From Candidatus Tectimicrobiota bacterium (GTDB lineage: Bacteria > JACPUC01): a DNA stretch of 64,000 nucleotides. The notes below the pieces were generated by a model. It was not told where the DNA came from and ran no database searches. It saw nothing but the letters and a program-made list of their open reading frames with translations. The stretch's first letter is position 1. The number at the start of each line of letters is the position of its first letter. The DNA is taken from contig JACPUC010000007.1 in assembly GCA_016192455.1 (NCBI GenBank), positions 68,720 through 132,719 on the forward strand, in the 5' to 3' direction. The position numbers were made by a program, and so were the translations under genes. Below, one piece after another: positions 37,204 to 47,000 of this stretch.

Positions 37204-37401
37204 GTGAACGCAGCCCCTTCGGAGCTCCTCGCGCGGCAACTCCGCCGCACCAGGGCCAAGCTGATGAAGAAGATCCAGGATCTCCAGGAGAGGCAGCGCA
37301 CGCTGCCCGCGAAGTGGCTCGAACGGCTCGGCCAGAAAGAGCGTGAGCTGCGCGCCTTGGCGGAGCAGCTCGACGAGCTGCTGCACCGTCTCTCCCGTTA
37401 G
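37204..37401 (+). CDS. small coiled-coil protein (paralog of 35524..35829)
   Basis: GTG after GGGAGGAG RBS. LMKKIQDLQERQRTL...GQKERELRALAEQLDELLHRL. Confidence 0.35.
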   Translation: MNAAPSELLARQLRRTRAKLMKKIQDLQERQRTLPAKWLERLGQKERELRALAEQLDELLHRLSR

Positions 37402-37613
37402 GCTCTCCGCCGCGCCCCATCGCGGTCCTTCTTCGGCTCACGGATACAAGCCCCTCTCGTCCCTCTCTTAATCTCTATCTCTGCGCGTATGGAGCCTTGT
37501 GAGGGATCATCCCCCCGGTTTACGCGAGTGCGCGGCACCGGCGCGAAGGGGGGGGCGTGCATCCCCCGCCCCTCGTGTTGACAATAATGCAGCGACGATG
37601 GCTTTGTCTTCAA

Positions 37614-39779
37614 TCACGTTGACCGATCACTAGCGCCACGCCGCCAAGGGCGCAGCGCCTCGTCGAAGTGGCGCCCGGAGATGCGCAAGGAGCCAGCCCC
37701 GTCATCGGCGGCGTTGCGGCCGCGCAGGAATTCCCGCACGGCGCACATCCCGGCCTCGCGGCAGAGGGCCTCAATCTGCGCTCCCTGCCAACCGCTGGTG
37801 GCGAGGACCAGCGCCGCCAGATCGACATCGGCGCTTAGCGGCATGCGGCGGGTGTGCACCTCGAGAATCTCCCGCCGCCCCTCATCATCCAGGGGCCCCA
37901 CCTCGAGCTGCAGGTCGAAGCGCCCGGAGCGCAGCAGCGCCGGATCGACCATATCAATGCGGTTCGTGGTGGCCAGGACGATCACCCCCTTCTGGCTCTC
38001 GATGCCGTCAAGCTCGGTAAGGAGCTGGCTGACCACCCGCTCGGTGACGCCGGCGCTCTCGCCGTGCCCGCGCACCGGCGCCAGGGCGTCGATCTCATCG
38101 AAGAAGAGGATGCACGGCGCCGCCTGCCGGGCTTTGCGGAAGAGCTCCCGCACGCCCCGCTCCGCCTCGCCCACCCACTTGGAGATGAGCTCCGGCCCCT
38201 TCACGGAGATGAAGTTGATCTGGCACTCCGTGGCGACGGCCTTCGCCAGCAGGGTCTTGCCGCAGCCGGGAGGGCCGTAGATGAGGATGCCCTTCGGAGG
38301 GCGCAGGTGCGCCTCCTCGAACAGCCGCCGGTGGCGCAGCGGCCACTCGATGTTCTCCTGCAACCACTGTTTCGTCGCCGCCAGGCCACCCACATCGTCC
38401 CAGCTCACGTTCGGCACCTCAAGGGAGACCTCCCGCAAGCCCGAGGGCTCGACCTCCCGCAGGGCCGCCAGGAAGTCGTCGCGCCCCACCCGCAGATCGA
38501 GGAGCTCCTCGTAGGGGATGCGCTGGCTCTCAAAGTCGACCCGCGGCAGGAGGCGGCGCAGGGCCACCATGGCGGCTTCGCGGCAGAGGGCCTGGAGATC
38601 GGCGCCGACGAAGCCAAGGGTGAGCTGGGCGAACTCCTGCAGGTCCACCTCCTCGGAGAGCGGCATGCCGCGGGTGTGGATCTCGAGGATACGCTGGCGC
38701 CCGGTGGTGTCGGGCACGCCGATGACGAGCTCGCGGTCGAACCTCCCCGGGCGGCGCAGGGCCGGGTCGAGGGCGTTCGGGATGTTCGTGGCGCCGATCA
38801 CGATCACCTGGCCGCGCTCGCGCAGACCGTCCATGAGCGCTAGAAGCTGCGCCACGACGCGCTTCTCCACCTCGCCGATGGCCGTCTCCCGCTTCGGCGC
38901 GATGGCATCAATCTCATCCAGGAAGAGGATGCTGGGCGCCTGCTTGCTTGCCTCGTCGAAGAGCTTGCGCAGCTTCGCCTCGCTCTCGCCGTAGAACTTG
39001 TGGATGACCTCCGGCCCGTTGACCGCGAGGAAGTGGGCTTCGGTCTCGTGCGCCACGGCGCGGGCGATGAGGGTCTTGCCGCAGCCCGGCGGGCCGACCA
39101 GGAGCACGCCCTTGGGGGCGTCGATGCCAAGGCGCTCGAAGACCTGCGGGTGCTTCAACGGCAGCTCGATCATCTCGCGGATGCGCTGCACCTCCCGCCC
39201 CAGGCCGCCGATGTCGTCATACGTCGTCTTTGCCGGGCTGGGACGCGCTCCTTTCTCGTGGGCGATACTGAGAACGGTGGTGGGGTGCACCACCACGGCG
39301 CCGTCCGGGATCGTCTCGGCGACGAGGAAGTCATAGGAGCGCGCCCCGAAAAGGTTGGCCCGCACCGTATCCCCCCTGGTCACCGGCAGGCCCTCCATGA
39401 GGCGCACCAGGTAGCGGTGATCGCGCTCCGACAGGGGGCTGCGCAGAAGCGTGCGCGGGTTCAGCGTGATCTTGGCGGCGGCCTGGCAGGCGGTTTTCTC
39501 CACCAGCACCTTCTCGTCCAGCCCCACCTTGGCGTTGCCGCGCACCAGGCCATCGATCTGCACCAGGCGCTGGCCGCGCTCGGCGGCAAAGGCCGGCATC
39601 GCCTTCGCCACGGTCTGCTGCTTGCCCGTAATGCGCACGACATCGCCCACCGCCACATCGAGCTCCTTCATATCCGCCGGATCGAGGCGGGCGATGCCGC
39701 GGCCGACATCCTTGGAATGCGCCTCCACAACACGGAGCTGCAAGCTGGCCTGGGGTTCGGCCTCGGGCGCCATACTCAT
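37614..39779 (-). CDS. Cdc48/VCP/VAT-like double AAA+ ATPase
   Basis: N-terminal double-psi/Cdc48 domain, then two AAA modules, each with Walker A GPPGCGKT, Walker B DEID and second-region-of-homology motifs. Convergent with the gvp operon. Confidence 0.85.
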   Translation of the reverse strand: MSMAPEAEPQASLQLRVVEAHSKDVGRGIARLDPADMKELDVAVGDVVRITGKQQTVAKAMPAFAAERGQRLVQIDGLVRGNAKVGLDEKVLVEKTACQAAAKITLNPRTLLRSPLSERDHRYLVRLMEGLPVTRGDTVRANLFGARSYDFLVAETIPDGAVVVHPTTVLSIAHEKGARPSPAKTTYDDIGGLGREVQRIREMIELPLKHPQVFERLGIDAPKGVLLVGPPGCGKTLIARAVAHETEAHFLAVNGPEVIHKFYGESEAKLRKLFDEASKQAPSILFLDEIDAIAPKRETAIGEVEKRVVAQLLALMDGLRERGQVIVIGATNIPNALDPALRRPGRFDRELVIGVPDTTGRQRILEIHTRGMPLSEEVDLQEFAQLTLGFVGADLQALCREAAMVALRRLLPRVDFESQRIPYEELLDLRVGRDDFLAALREVEPSGLREVSLEVPNVSWDDVGGLAATKQWLQENIEWPLRHRRLFEEAHLRPPKGILIYGPPGCGKTLLAKAVATECQINFISVKGPELISKWVGEAERGVRELFRKARQAAPCILFFDEIDALAPVRGHGESAGVTERVVSQLLTELDGIESQKGVIVLATTNRIDMVDPALLRSGRFDLQLEVGPLDDEGRREILEVHTRRMPLSADVDLAALVLATSGWQGAQIEALCREAGMCAVREFLRGRNAADDGAGSLRISGRHFDEALRPWRRGASDRST

Positions 39780-39915
39780 CTCCTTTCGCGGTACTCCGCT
39801 CCACCTGCCGAGCTGTCCTGGAATCAACAGCCGAACGGCCGGCTCGCGCCCGCGACACGGGGAGGTGCAGCGAGGCGAGTCGCGCTCCGGCAGCGGCCGG
39901 CGCGCTCGCCGCGGT

Positions 39916-41430
39916 TCAGGCGCCGTTCCTTGTCACCGCCAGGCAGCGGCTCGACCAGGTGCAGCGCTGGGCGCTCTCGTCATCGCAGAGACGCACCGTC
40001 TGAGTCCTCTGCAGCGTCTGGTAGAGCTTCTTGCGATCAATCTTCAGGAGGCGCGCGGCGGCGGACTTGTTGTTGCTCGTCGCCTGCAGCGTCGCCGCCA
40101 CCACCTGGTGAGCAAAGCTCTCCAGGAGGTCGTTCAAGGTCGCCCCCTGGCTGAGAGTTCGCAGTTGGCTGGCAAGGTTGAAGGCCTCGGTGCAGGGGAC
40201 CGGCGCTCCACCGCCATTCGTCGAGGGCTCCGCCGACGTGGCGGACTTCGTGGCATCGAAGGTGATCGCCGCGGCTTCGACGCGCTCCCCAGCGGCAAAG
40301 AGAACCGCCCGCCGCACGATGTTGAAGAGCTCGCGGACATTGCCGGGATAGTCGTAGCCGCGCAGCAGGGCCAGAGCTTCCGGCGTGATGCTGTGGACGT
40401 TGCGCTGCAACTCCTGGGCGGCCTCCGCGATGAAGCGCTCGACAAGGTAGGGGAGGTCTTCCTTGCGATCGCGCAGCGGCGGCACCTCGATGGTGAACTC
40501 GCTGAGGCGATGGTAGAGGTCGAGGCGGAAGCCGCTGCGCTTCACCTCGGCCGGCAGATCGAGGTTCGAAGAGGCGACGACGCGCAGATCAACCGGCACC
40601 ACCGTGGTGGACCCCAGGGGTTGCACCTCGCGCTCCTGGAGGGCGCGCAGCAGCTTCGCCTGCATGCCGTAGCCGAGGTTTGAAATCTCGTCCAGGAAGA
40701 GGGTGCCGCCGTGCGCCCTCACGAAGGCGCCCTGCTTGGCTCGATCAGCGCCGGTGAAGGCGCCTTTCTCGTGACCGAACAACTCGCTCTCCAGCAGCGA
40801 TTCGGGGATGCCGCCGCAGTCGAGGGCCACGAAGGGGCCGCTGCGCCAGGGGCTGCGATGGTGGATGGTGCGGGCCACGACCTCCTTGCCGACGCCGCTC
40901 TCGCCACAAATCAGGACGGAGAGCTTCGAGGACGCCACCACCTCGAGTTGCCGGTGCAGGCGTTGCACGGCCGGCCCATGCCCCATCATCTTGCAGAGGT
41001 GATCGACGTGCACCCACCCTTCCTGGAGGGACTCGAGGTGCTGGACCCGGCGCACGTGCTCGGTCGCTTTCTGCAGGCGCTGCACGAGGTCCTTGTTATC
41101 GAAGGGTTTCGTCACGTAGTCGTAGGCGCCGAGCTTCATGGCCTCGACGGCGGAGGTGACGCTGGCATGGCCGGTGATCACCAGCACCGGCATCCACGGC
41201 GATTGATCCAGGAGTCGCTTCAGCAGCTCGAGGCCCTTGATGTCCGGCAGCACGAGGTCGAGGAAGACGATGTCCGGCTTCTCTTCCGCCAGGCGCGCCA
41301 GGGCCTGGCTGCCGTCCTGGGCCACAATGGCGCGGCCTGCCGAGCGCTTGACGAGCTCGCTGAGGACCCAGCGCGTCTCGGCTGAATCATCAACGATGAG
41401 GACCGTGGTGAGTGCTTCGCTGCGGTGCAT
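39916..41430 (-). CDS. sigma54-dependent NtrC-family response regulator (REC-AAA-HTH)
   Basis: Receiver VLIVDDSAE...D in FLDLVLPD. Sigma54 activator motifs GESGVGKE and GAFTGA. C-terminal Fis-type HTH AAARLLKIDRKKLYQ. Confidence 0.85.
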   Translation of the reverse strand: MHRSEALTTVLIVDDSAETRWVLSELVKRSAGRAIVAQDGSQALARLAEEKPDIVFLDLVLPDIKGLELLKRLLDQSPWMPVLVITGHASVTSAVEAMKLGAYDYVTKPFDNKDLVQRLQKATEHVRRVQHLESLQEGWVHVDHLCKMMGHGPAVQRLHRQLEVVASSKLSVLICGESGVGKEVVARTIHHRSPWRSGPFVALDCGGIPESLLESELFGHEKGAFTGADRAKQGAFVRAHGGTLFLDEISNLGYGMQAKLLRALQEREVQPLGSTTVVPVDLRVVASSNLDLPAEVKRSGFRLDLYHRLSEFTIEVPPLRDRKEDLPYLVERFIAEAAQELQRNVHSITPEALALLRGYDYPGNVRELFNIVRRAVLFAAGERVEAAAITFDATKSATSAEPSTNGGGAPVPCTEAFNLASQLRTLSQGATLNDLLESFAHQVVAATLQATSNNKSAAARLLKIDRKKLYQTLQRTQTVRLCDDESAQRCTWSSRCLAVTRNGA

Positions 41431-41818
41431 GAACCGGCTCCCCCCGTAGAATCCTCCGCACTAGGCGCCGCACCTCTTGGATGTCGAAGGGTTTTTCCAA
41501 GAAGGTGGCGATGGTTCCGCTTTCCACGCTCTTTCGTACGATCGGGTCGTCGCGGTAGAAGTAGCCGGAGACAAGGATGGCGATGGTCTGCAATCCCTGT
41601 TCGCGCAGCAGGGCGCAAAGATGAAGTCCTTCCATGTCCGGCAGCTTGGCATCGATGAACATCAGCCCAACCGTGTGCCTGCTCAGCAGGGCCAAGGCCT
41701 CGCTCCCCCGCAGCACGCTCTCCACGCGGCACCCCTCCGGCTCCAGCACGGTGCGCAGCACCCAACACATGTCGGGGTCGTCGTCAACGATGAGCACGAT
41801 CGGCGTCGCCTGCGTCAT
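41390..41818 (-). CDS. stand-alone response-regulator receiver protein
   Basis: From Met MTQATPIVLIVDDD. Asp in LMFIDAKLPD and conserved K in LEKP. Overlaps the downstream activator gene by 41 nt. Confidence 0.75.
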   Translation of the reverse strand: MTQATPIVLIVDDDPDMCWVLRTVLEPEGCRVESVLRGSEALALLSRHTVGLMFIDAKLPDMEGLHLCALLREQGLQTIAILVSGYFYRDDPIVRKSVESGTIATFLEKPFDIQEVRRLVRRILRGEPVHAPQRSTHHGPHR

Positions 41819-41870
41819 GGCTGTCTCAGGTCCTTGCCAGGTTGCGAAGAGCTTCCGGGCCCACCCGAAG

Positions 41871-43361
41871 CTAAGGTTCCAGCGGCAGCTCGACCTCAAA
41901 GGTTGAGCCGCTGCCTACTTCGCTCGTCACGTGGATGCAGCCCCCCATCTGCTTCACGATGCTGTAGCTCACCGACAGGCCAAGCCCCGTCCCCTGCCCT
42001 ACCGGCTGGGTGGTGAAGAAGGGGTCGAAGATGCGGCTGAGGTTTTCGCGCGGGATGCCGCAACCCTGGTCGGTGAAGGAGACGAGCACACTGCGGCGCT
42101 CCCCTCCCGTCTTGCAGCGTGTGGCGACCAGCAGCTCGCCTCCTCCCTCTCGCATGGCGTTCACCGCGTTCAGCGTGATGTTCAGGAAGACCTGCTGCAG
42201 CAGGTTCTTGATGCCGCGGACGCGCAGGGACTGCTTGCCATAGCGCTTCACCAAGGTGATCTGCGACAGGATCAACTGATTGCTCACCAGGCTGACGATC
42301 TCATCGAGGCTTGCCTCGAGCGGAAATACCTCGAAGGCGCCGCTCGACGGCCGGGCGAAGCGCAGGAGGTTTTCGATGATGCGCGAGGCCTGCGCGATGT
42401 TCGTGTAGATCTTCTGCGCGGCTTCCTTGCGGAACTGCCCGTCGCCGTGGTCATCGAGCAGAAGCTGGGCGGCCGAGGAGCTGACGGCCAGGGGGTTGCG
42501 AATCTCGTGCGCGATGCCTCCCGCCATCACCCCCATGGCCGCCATCTTCGCCGTTTGGATGAGCTGCGCCTCCATGCGCTTGCGCTCCGTCAAGTCGCGT
42601 CCCACCGCCACGATGCCGCTGAGGTGGCCCGTATCGTCGCGCAGGGCGGAGAACGACCAGGAGACGGGCAGCCGCTGGCCCTTGCTGTCGCGCAGGTCGA
42701 TCTGCAGGTCGCGCTGCGGCGCCCCCAGCGCCAGCGCCCGGAAGGCCCGCTCCATCTTCTCGACCTCGCTCTCGTCGACGCACAGGCTCATCACCTTGAT
42801 GCCCCGCAGCGCCCGCGGCTTGTAGCCGGAGATCTCCTCGGCGGCCTTGTTCCAGGTCTGGATGGTGCCGTCGGGCGTGGCCGAGAAGATAATGTCGGTG
42901 ACGCTCTCGACGGCGCTGGCCCAGTGCCGCCAGGCGGAGCGCACCTCCGCCCCCAGGCGTTCCTTCTCCGTGATATCCTCCAGCAGGAGCATCACCAGGG
43001 AGGGTCGCGCGCCCTCCTCCAGGAGAGGAATGACGAGGTAGTAGTAGACCGTCGCCGCAATGCCCGGCGCCTTGTAGGTGAGCTTCCCCTCGCGCACGCA
43101 GTCGCCGTCGCTGAAGCTGTTCTGGACTTTGCCGATGAGGTCGGTGGACTCGGAGAAGACGCGCGGAAACACCTCCTCGATGCGCCGCCCCAGCACATCC
43201 TTGGCGTGCTGGCGCGACTTCTTCAGAAAATTCCGATTCGCCTCCAGAACCTTCAAGTTGGCGTCGAGGATGAAGATGGAGAACGGCACCGTCTCCAGGA
43301 TCGCTTCGTAGAGGCGCTTGTACGAGATGCCGGGAAGGACCTCGGTTCCATTCATGTCCAT
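41871..43361 (-). CDS. PAS-domain sensor histidine kinase
   Basis: Two PAS modules, H-box GIAHEIRNPL, N/G boxes NAVNAM...DQGCGIP...GTGLGLS. Confidence 0.85.
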   Translation of the reverse strand: MDMNGTEVLPGISYKRLYEAILETVPFSIFILDANLKVLEANRNFLKKSRQHAKDVLGRRIEEVFPRVFSESTDLIGKVQNSFSDGDCVREGKLTYKAPGIAATVYYYLVIPLLEEGARPSLVMLLLEDITEKERLGAEVRSAWRHWASAVESVTDIIFSATPDGTIQTWNKAAEEISGYKPRALRGIKVMSLCVDESEVEKMERAFRALALGAPQRDLQIDLRDSKGQRLPVSWSFSALRDDTGHLSGIVAVGRDLTERKRMEAQLIQTAKMAAMGVMAGGIAHEIRNPLAVSSSAAQLLLDDHGDGQFRKEAAQKIYTNIAQASRIIENLLRFARPSSGAFEVFPLEASLDEIVSLVSNQLILSQITLVKRYGKQSLRVRGIKNLLQQVFLNITLNAVNAMREGGGELLVATRCKTGGERRSVLVSFTDQGCGIPRENLSRIFDPFFTTQPVGQGTGLGLSVSYSIVKQMGGCIHVTSEVGSGSTFEVELPLEP

Positions 43362-43848
43362 GTCGCGGGTGCTCCCTGTGCGGGGCGGGCGGCGTGTTGA
43401 GGCGCGGCGGTTCCGGCCGTTGCGGCCGAGCCAGCCGCGCCCTGCTTATCCAGCAGGGCGGCGCGACGGGGCGGCTTGCAGGCAGTCCCGCCGCCGCGCC
43501 GCCCAGACGTTAGGTTGTGTGCCTGTAACAAAGCAATATTATATTGTAAAAGAGAATTGTCAATCCTACGTTTGAACATGATGAAGTATCTCCGCCTTAA
43601 CTCGTGGCGCGCCGCCTGGTCGCGTTGCTCGTGACGAGTCGTGATGCGGGCAGCGCAGCTCGCTCCCGGCGTGGCGCAAGCACCTCCGCCGGGGGAGCTT
43701 TCTTTGCCAACGGGACAGCGCGTCTGGGCCGAGGCGACGTTCCGCCTCGTCCGCGCCGCGGGGCTGGCGCCATGGCGGGGCGTTGCCGAGCGGCGGCGGC
43801 GAAGCCACCCGCCCAGGTGGTCTGCCGGCGGGCGCGGCTGAGCAGGCA

Positions 43849-43864
43849 AGGCACGCAACTTGCT
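43849..43864 (+). promoter_or_regulatory. candidate sigma54 (-24/-12) promoter AGGCACGCAACTTGCT
   Basis: Matches TGGCAC-N5-TTGC with exact GG...GC spacing (GG 43850-51, GC 43862-63). Lies 170 nt upstream of the 1804-aa kinase start. An AT-rich island (43530-43600) lies ~300 nt upstream. Confidence 0.5.
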
Positions 43865-44035
43865 ATTCATTCCCTCAGCGCTCACTGGTACAAGCGGGCA
43901 AGGGGCGTGCTATACTAAAAAGCGGGCGGAACGCGCCGCGGCGTGTTCCAGGCTGACCTGCCGGGGGGCGTGGGGGAACGATGACGCCGCGCCGGGTTTC
44001 ACCCTTGCGCGCCGCCGTGGCATGAGGGGCTCTGC

Positions 44036-47000
44036 GTGGAAGAGTCGTCTGCGCCGGCTCAACGAGCAAGTCAAGGGCCACCTGCCTGCGAGGGTGACGG
44101 CGCCCCGGCGGGCGGGGGGCGCGATCACCTTGCGCAGCTCATCGAGGCGGCGGGGGATGTCATTGTTACGGTCAACCCCGACCTGCGCATCACCTTTTGG
44201 AATCGGGCCGCCGGGGCGTTGTACGGCCGCGACGCCGGCTCCATGCTGGGGCAGTCCGTCCTCACCCTGTGGGGGAAGCGGACGCGGGAGGCGCGCGACC
44301 TCCACGCGCGGGTGCTGGCCGGGGAGACGCTGCACGACCTGACGCTGACCTGGCGGAAGCAGGACGGGACGCGCAGCACGCTCCTCTTCAGCCTGTCGCC
44401 GATCCGCGACGCCGCTGGGGCGATCGTCGGCATCCTGGGGGTGGGCCGCGACATCACCCGCCAGCAACTGATCGAACGCGCCCTGCGGCGGCACAATCAG
44501 CAGCTCCTGGCGTTGCAGCGCATCGGCGCCGCCGTCTCCGCGACGCTCAGCCCGCAGAAGTTGTTCCAGCTCATCGTCGAGCATGCCCTGGAGATCCTGG
44601 ACGGGAAGTTTTCCCTCCTGCGGCTGCTGACGCCGAATGGGAAGTTCCTGGCGCTCGTTGCGGGCATCGGCTCGATGGCGCGCCTGGTTAGGCATGTCCC
44701 CGCGCAGGGCAGCTTCGCCGAGGAGACCTTTCAGAGCAGGAGGGGCCTCTGTCTTAGCAGCGGGGAGGCGCAACGCCGCGCGCGGCCACCCTATCAGAGG
44801 ATCCTTGAACAATGGCCGCACCATGTCCTGGTGGCCCCGCTCTTGTTAGGCGAGGAGGCGCTCGGCAGCATCTACGTCGGTCGCGGCGTGGAGCAGCCGC
44901 CGTTTGACGACACCGACCTGGCGCTCCTCGAGCTTCTCTCCACCCAGGCCGCCATCGCCATCCGCAATGCGCGCGAGCATGCGCAGCTCGAGCAGACGGA
45001 AACCAGGTACCGCGAGCTCTACGACAAGGCTCCCGACCTCTACCACACGGTGGACGCGCAGGGGATCATCCTGAGCTGCAACGAAACCTATGCCAACGCT
45101 CTCGGCTATGCGAAAGAGGAGCTCATCGGCGCCTCCTACTTTGACCTCTTGCTGCCGGAGGAGCGCGACGAAGCCCGCCGGGGCGTGGCGAAGACGTTTG
45201 AGGGCGGCACGGCGAGCACGAGCGAGCGCACCTTCGTGCGCAAAGACGGCTCGCTGCTGCCGCTGGAGATCAATGTCCGGCTCATGCCCGATGCCGCCGG
45301 CGGCATGAGTTACTCCTACACGCTCCTGCGCGACATCAGCGAGCGCAAGCGGGTGGAGATCGAGGCTCGCCTGCTGCAGAACTTGACCCAGGCCATCGCC
45401 GCCTGTGATGGGTTCGAGGAAGCGCTGGCGGTGTCGCTCCGAGGCATCTGCGAGGTCACTGGCTGGAGCTATGGCGATGCCTGGGTGCCGCGGGCCGACC
45501 AGTCGGTCCTGGAGCGCAGCCCGGCAAACTTTGTCAGTGCGCCGCGCTTCGAGCGATTCAGAGAGGAGAGTCTCGGCATGACCTTCCCCCCCGGCAAGGG
45601 GGTGCCGGGGCGCGTCTGGGCATCGCGCCAGGCGGAGATCGTGGAAAGCAACCGCGATCTTTCTGACGCCGAGAACCCACGCCTGCCCCTGGCGCGGGAG
45701 CTTGGCCTCGCGGCGGCGGTGGGCATCCCGATTATTGCGGAGAACGACGTCCTCGCCGTCCTCATGTTCGCCATGCGTGAGTTCCAGCCGGAGGACCGCC
45801 GCAAGATCGACCTTGTCTGCGCCGTCGCCACGCAGCTCAGCGCCCTCGTCTTGCGCAAGTGGGCGGAATCGGCCCTGCGGGAGAGTGAAGAGCGCAGCCG
45901 GCAGATCTTTGACACGGCCCTGGACGCCATCGTCACCACCGACGAGCGCGCCATCATCGAGTCGATGAACCCGGCGGCCGAACGCATCTTCGGCTACGCG
46001 GCCGCCGAGGCGCTGGGCAAGAACGTCATCAGCCTCCTCTTGGGCGAGGCCCAGCAGGCGACCGAGGTTGCCGCGCTGAACGAGTATCTGCGCGGCGGCA
46101 AGCCGCCAATCCTCGGCAAGGTGCGGCTGGTTGAGGGCAAGCGCCGCAACGGCGAGACCTTCCCGATGGAGCTGGCGATCACCGAGATGCGCGTCAACGG
46201 CGAGCGCAAGTTCGTCGGCATCGGGCGCGACGTGAGCGAGCGCAACGCGGCGGAGGAGGCGCTGCAGGCGGCCCTGGCGGAGCTGGCGGCGGCGGAGGCC
46301 CGCTACCGCGATCTCTACGATCTTTCCCCCGACCTCTACCACTCGCTGGACGCCGAGGGGGTGATCCTCAACTGCAACGAGACCTACGCCAGGACCCTGG
46401 GCTACAGGAAGGAGGAGCTGATCGGGCGCTGCTTCTTCGATTTCCTCCCCCCAGCCGAGGAGCGGCCGGGCGCGTGGGAGGCGTTCCGCCAGAACGTTGC
46501 GCGACGGCGCCCCGGCGCGGAGGAAATGGGCCGACTCGAGCGCACGCTGCTCCGCCGCGACGGCTCACCGTTGGCAACCGAGGTCAGCTACCGGAACTTC
46601 TACGACGCCGAAGGGAGGTTTGCCCACTCCAACACCGTGCTGCGCGACATCACGGAGCGCACACGGGCCGAGGCGGCTCTGCGTCAGGCGCACGCGCAAC
46701 TCGCCGAAGCGGAGGCCCGCTACCGCGATCTCTACGATCACGCGCCAGACATGTACCACTCGCTGGACGCCAACGGCATGATCCTCACCTGCAACGAGAC
46801 TTACGCCAGGACCCTGGGCTACACGAAAGCGGAGCTCATCGGCCGCTGCTTCTTTGACCTCGTCAGCGCCGAAGAGCGGCAGGAAGCATCCCAATTGTTT
46901 CACCGCAACAGCTCACTGCAGCTTCGCGACCAAGAGGCGACAGGGCGCGACGAGCGCATGCTGATCCGCCGCGATGGTTCGAGGCTGGCGTCCGAGATTA

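Noticed and set aside
43538-43563. Consensus TTGACA and TATAAT hexamers on the minus strand in the AT-rich island
   Set aside because: The spacer is 14 nt, outside the 16-19 nt functional range, so it is noted only as part of the AT-rich regulatory island.
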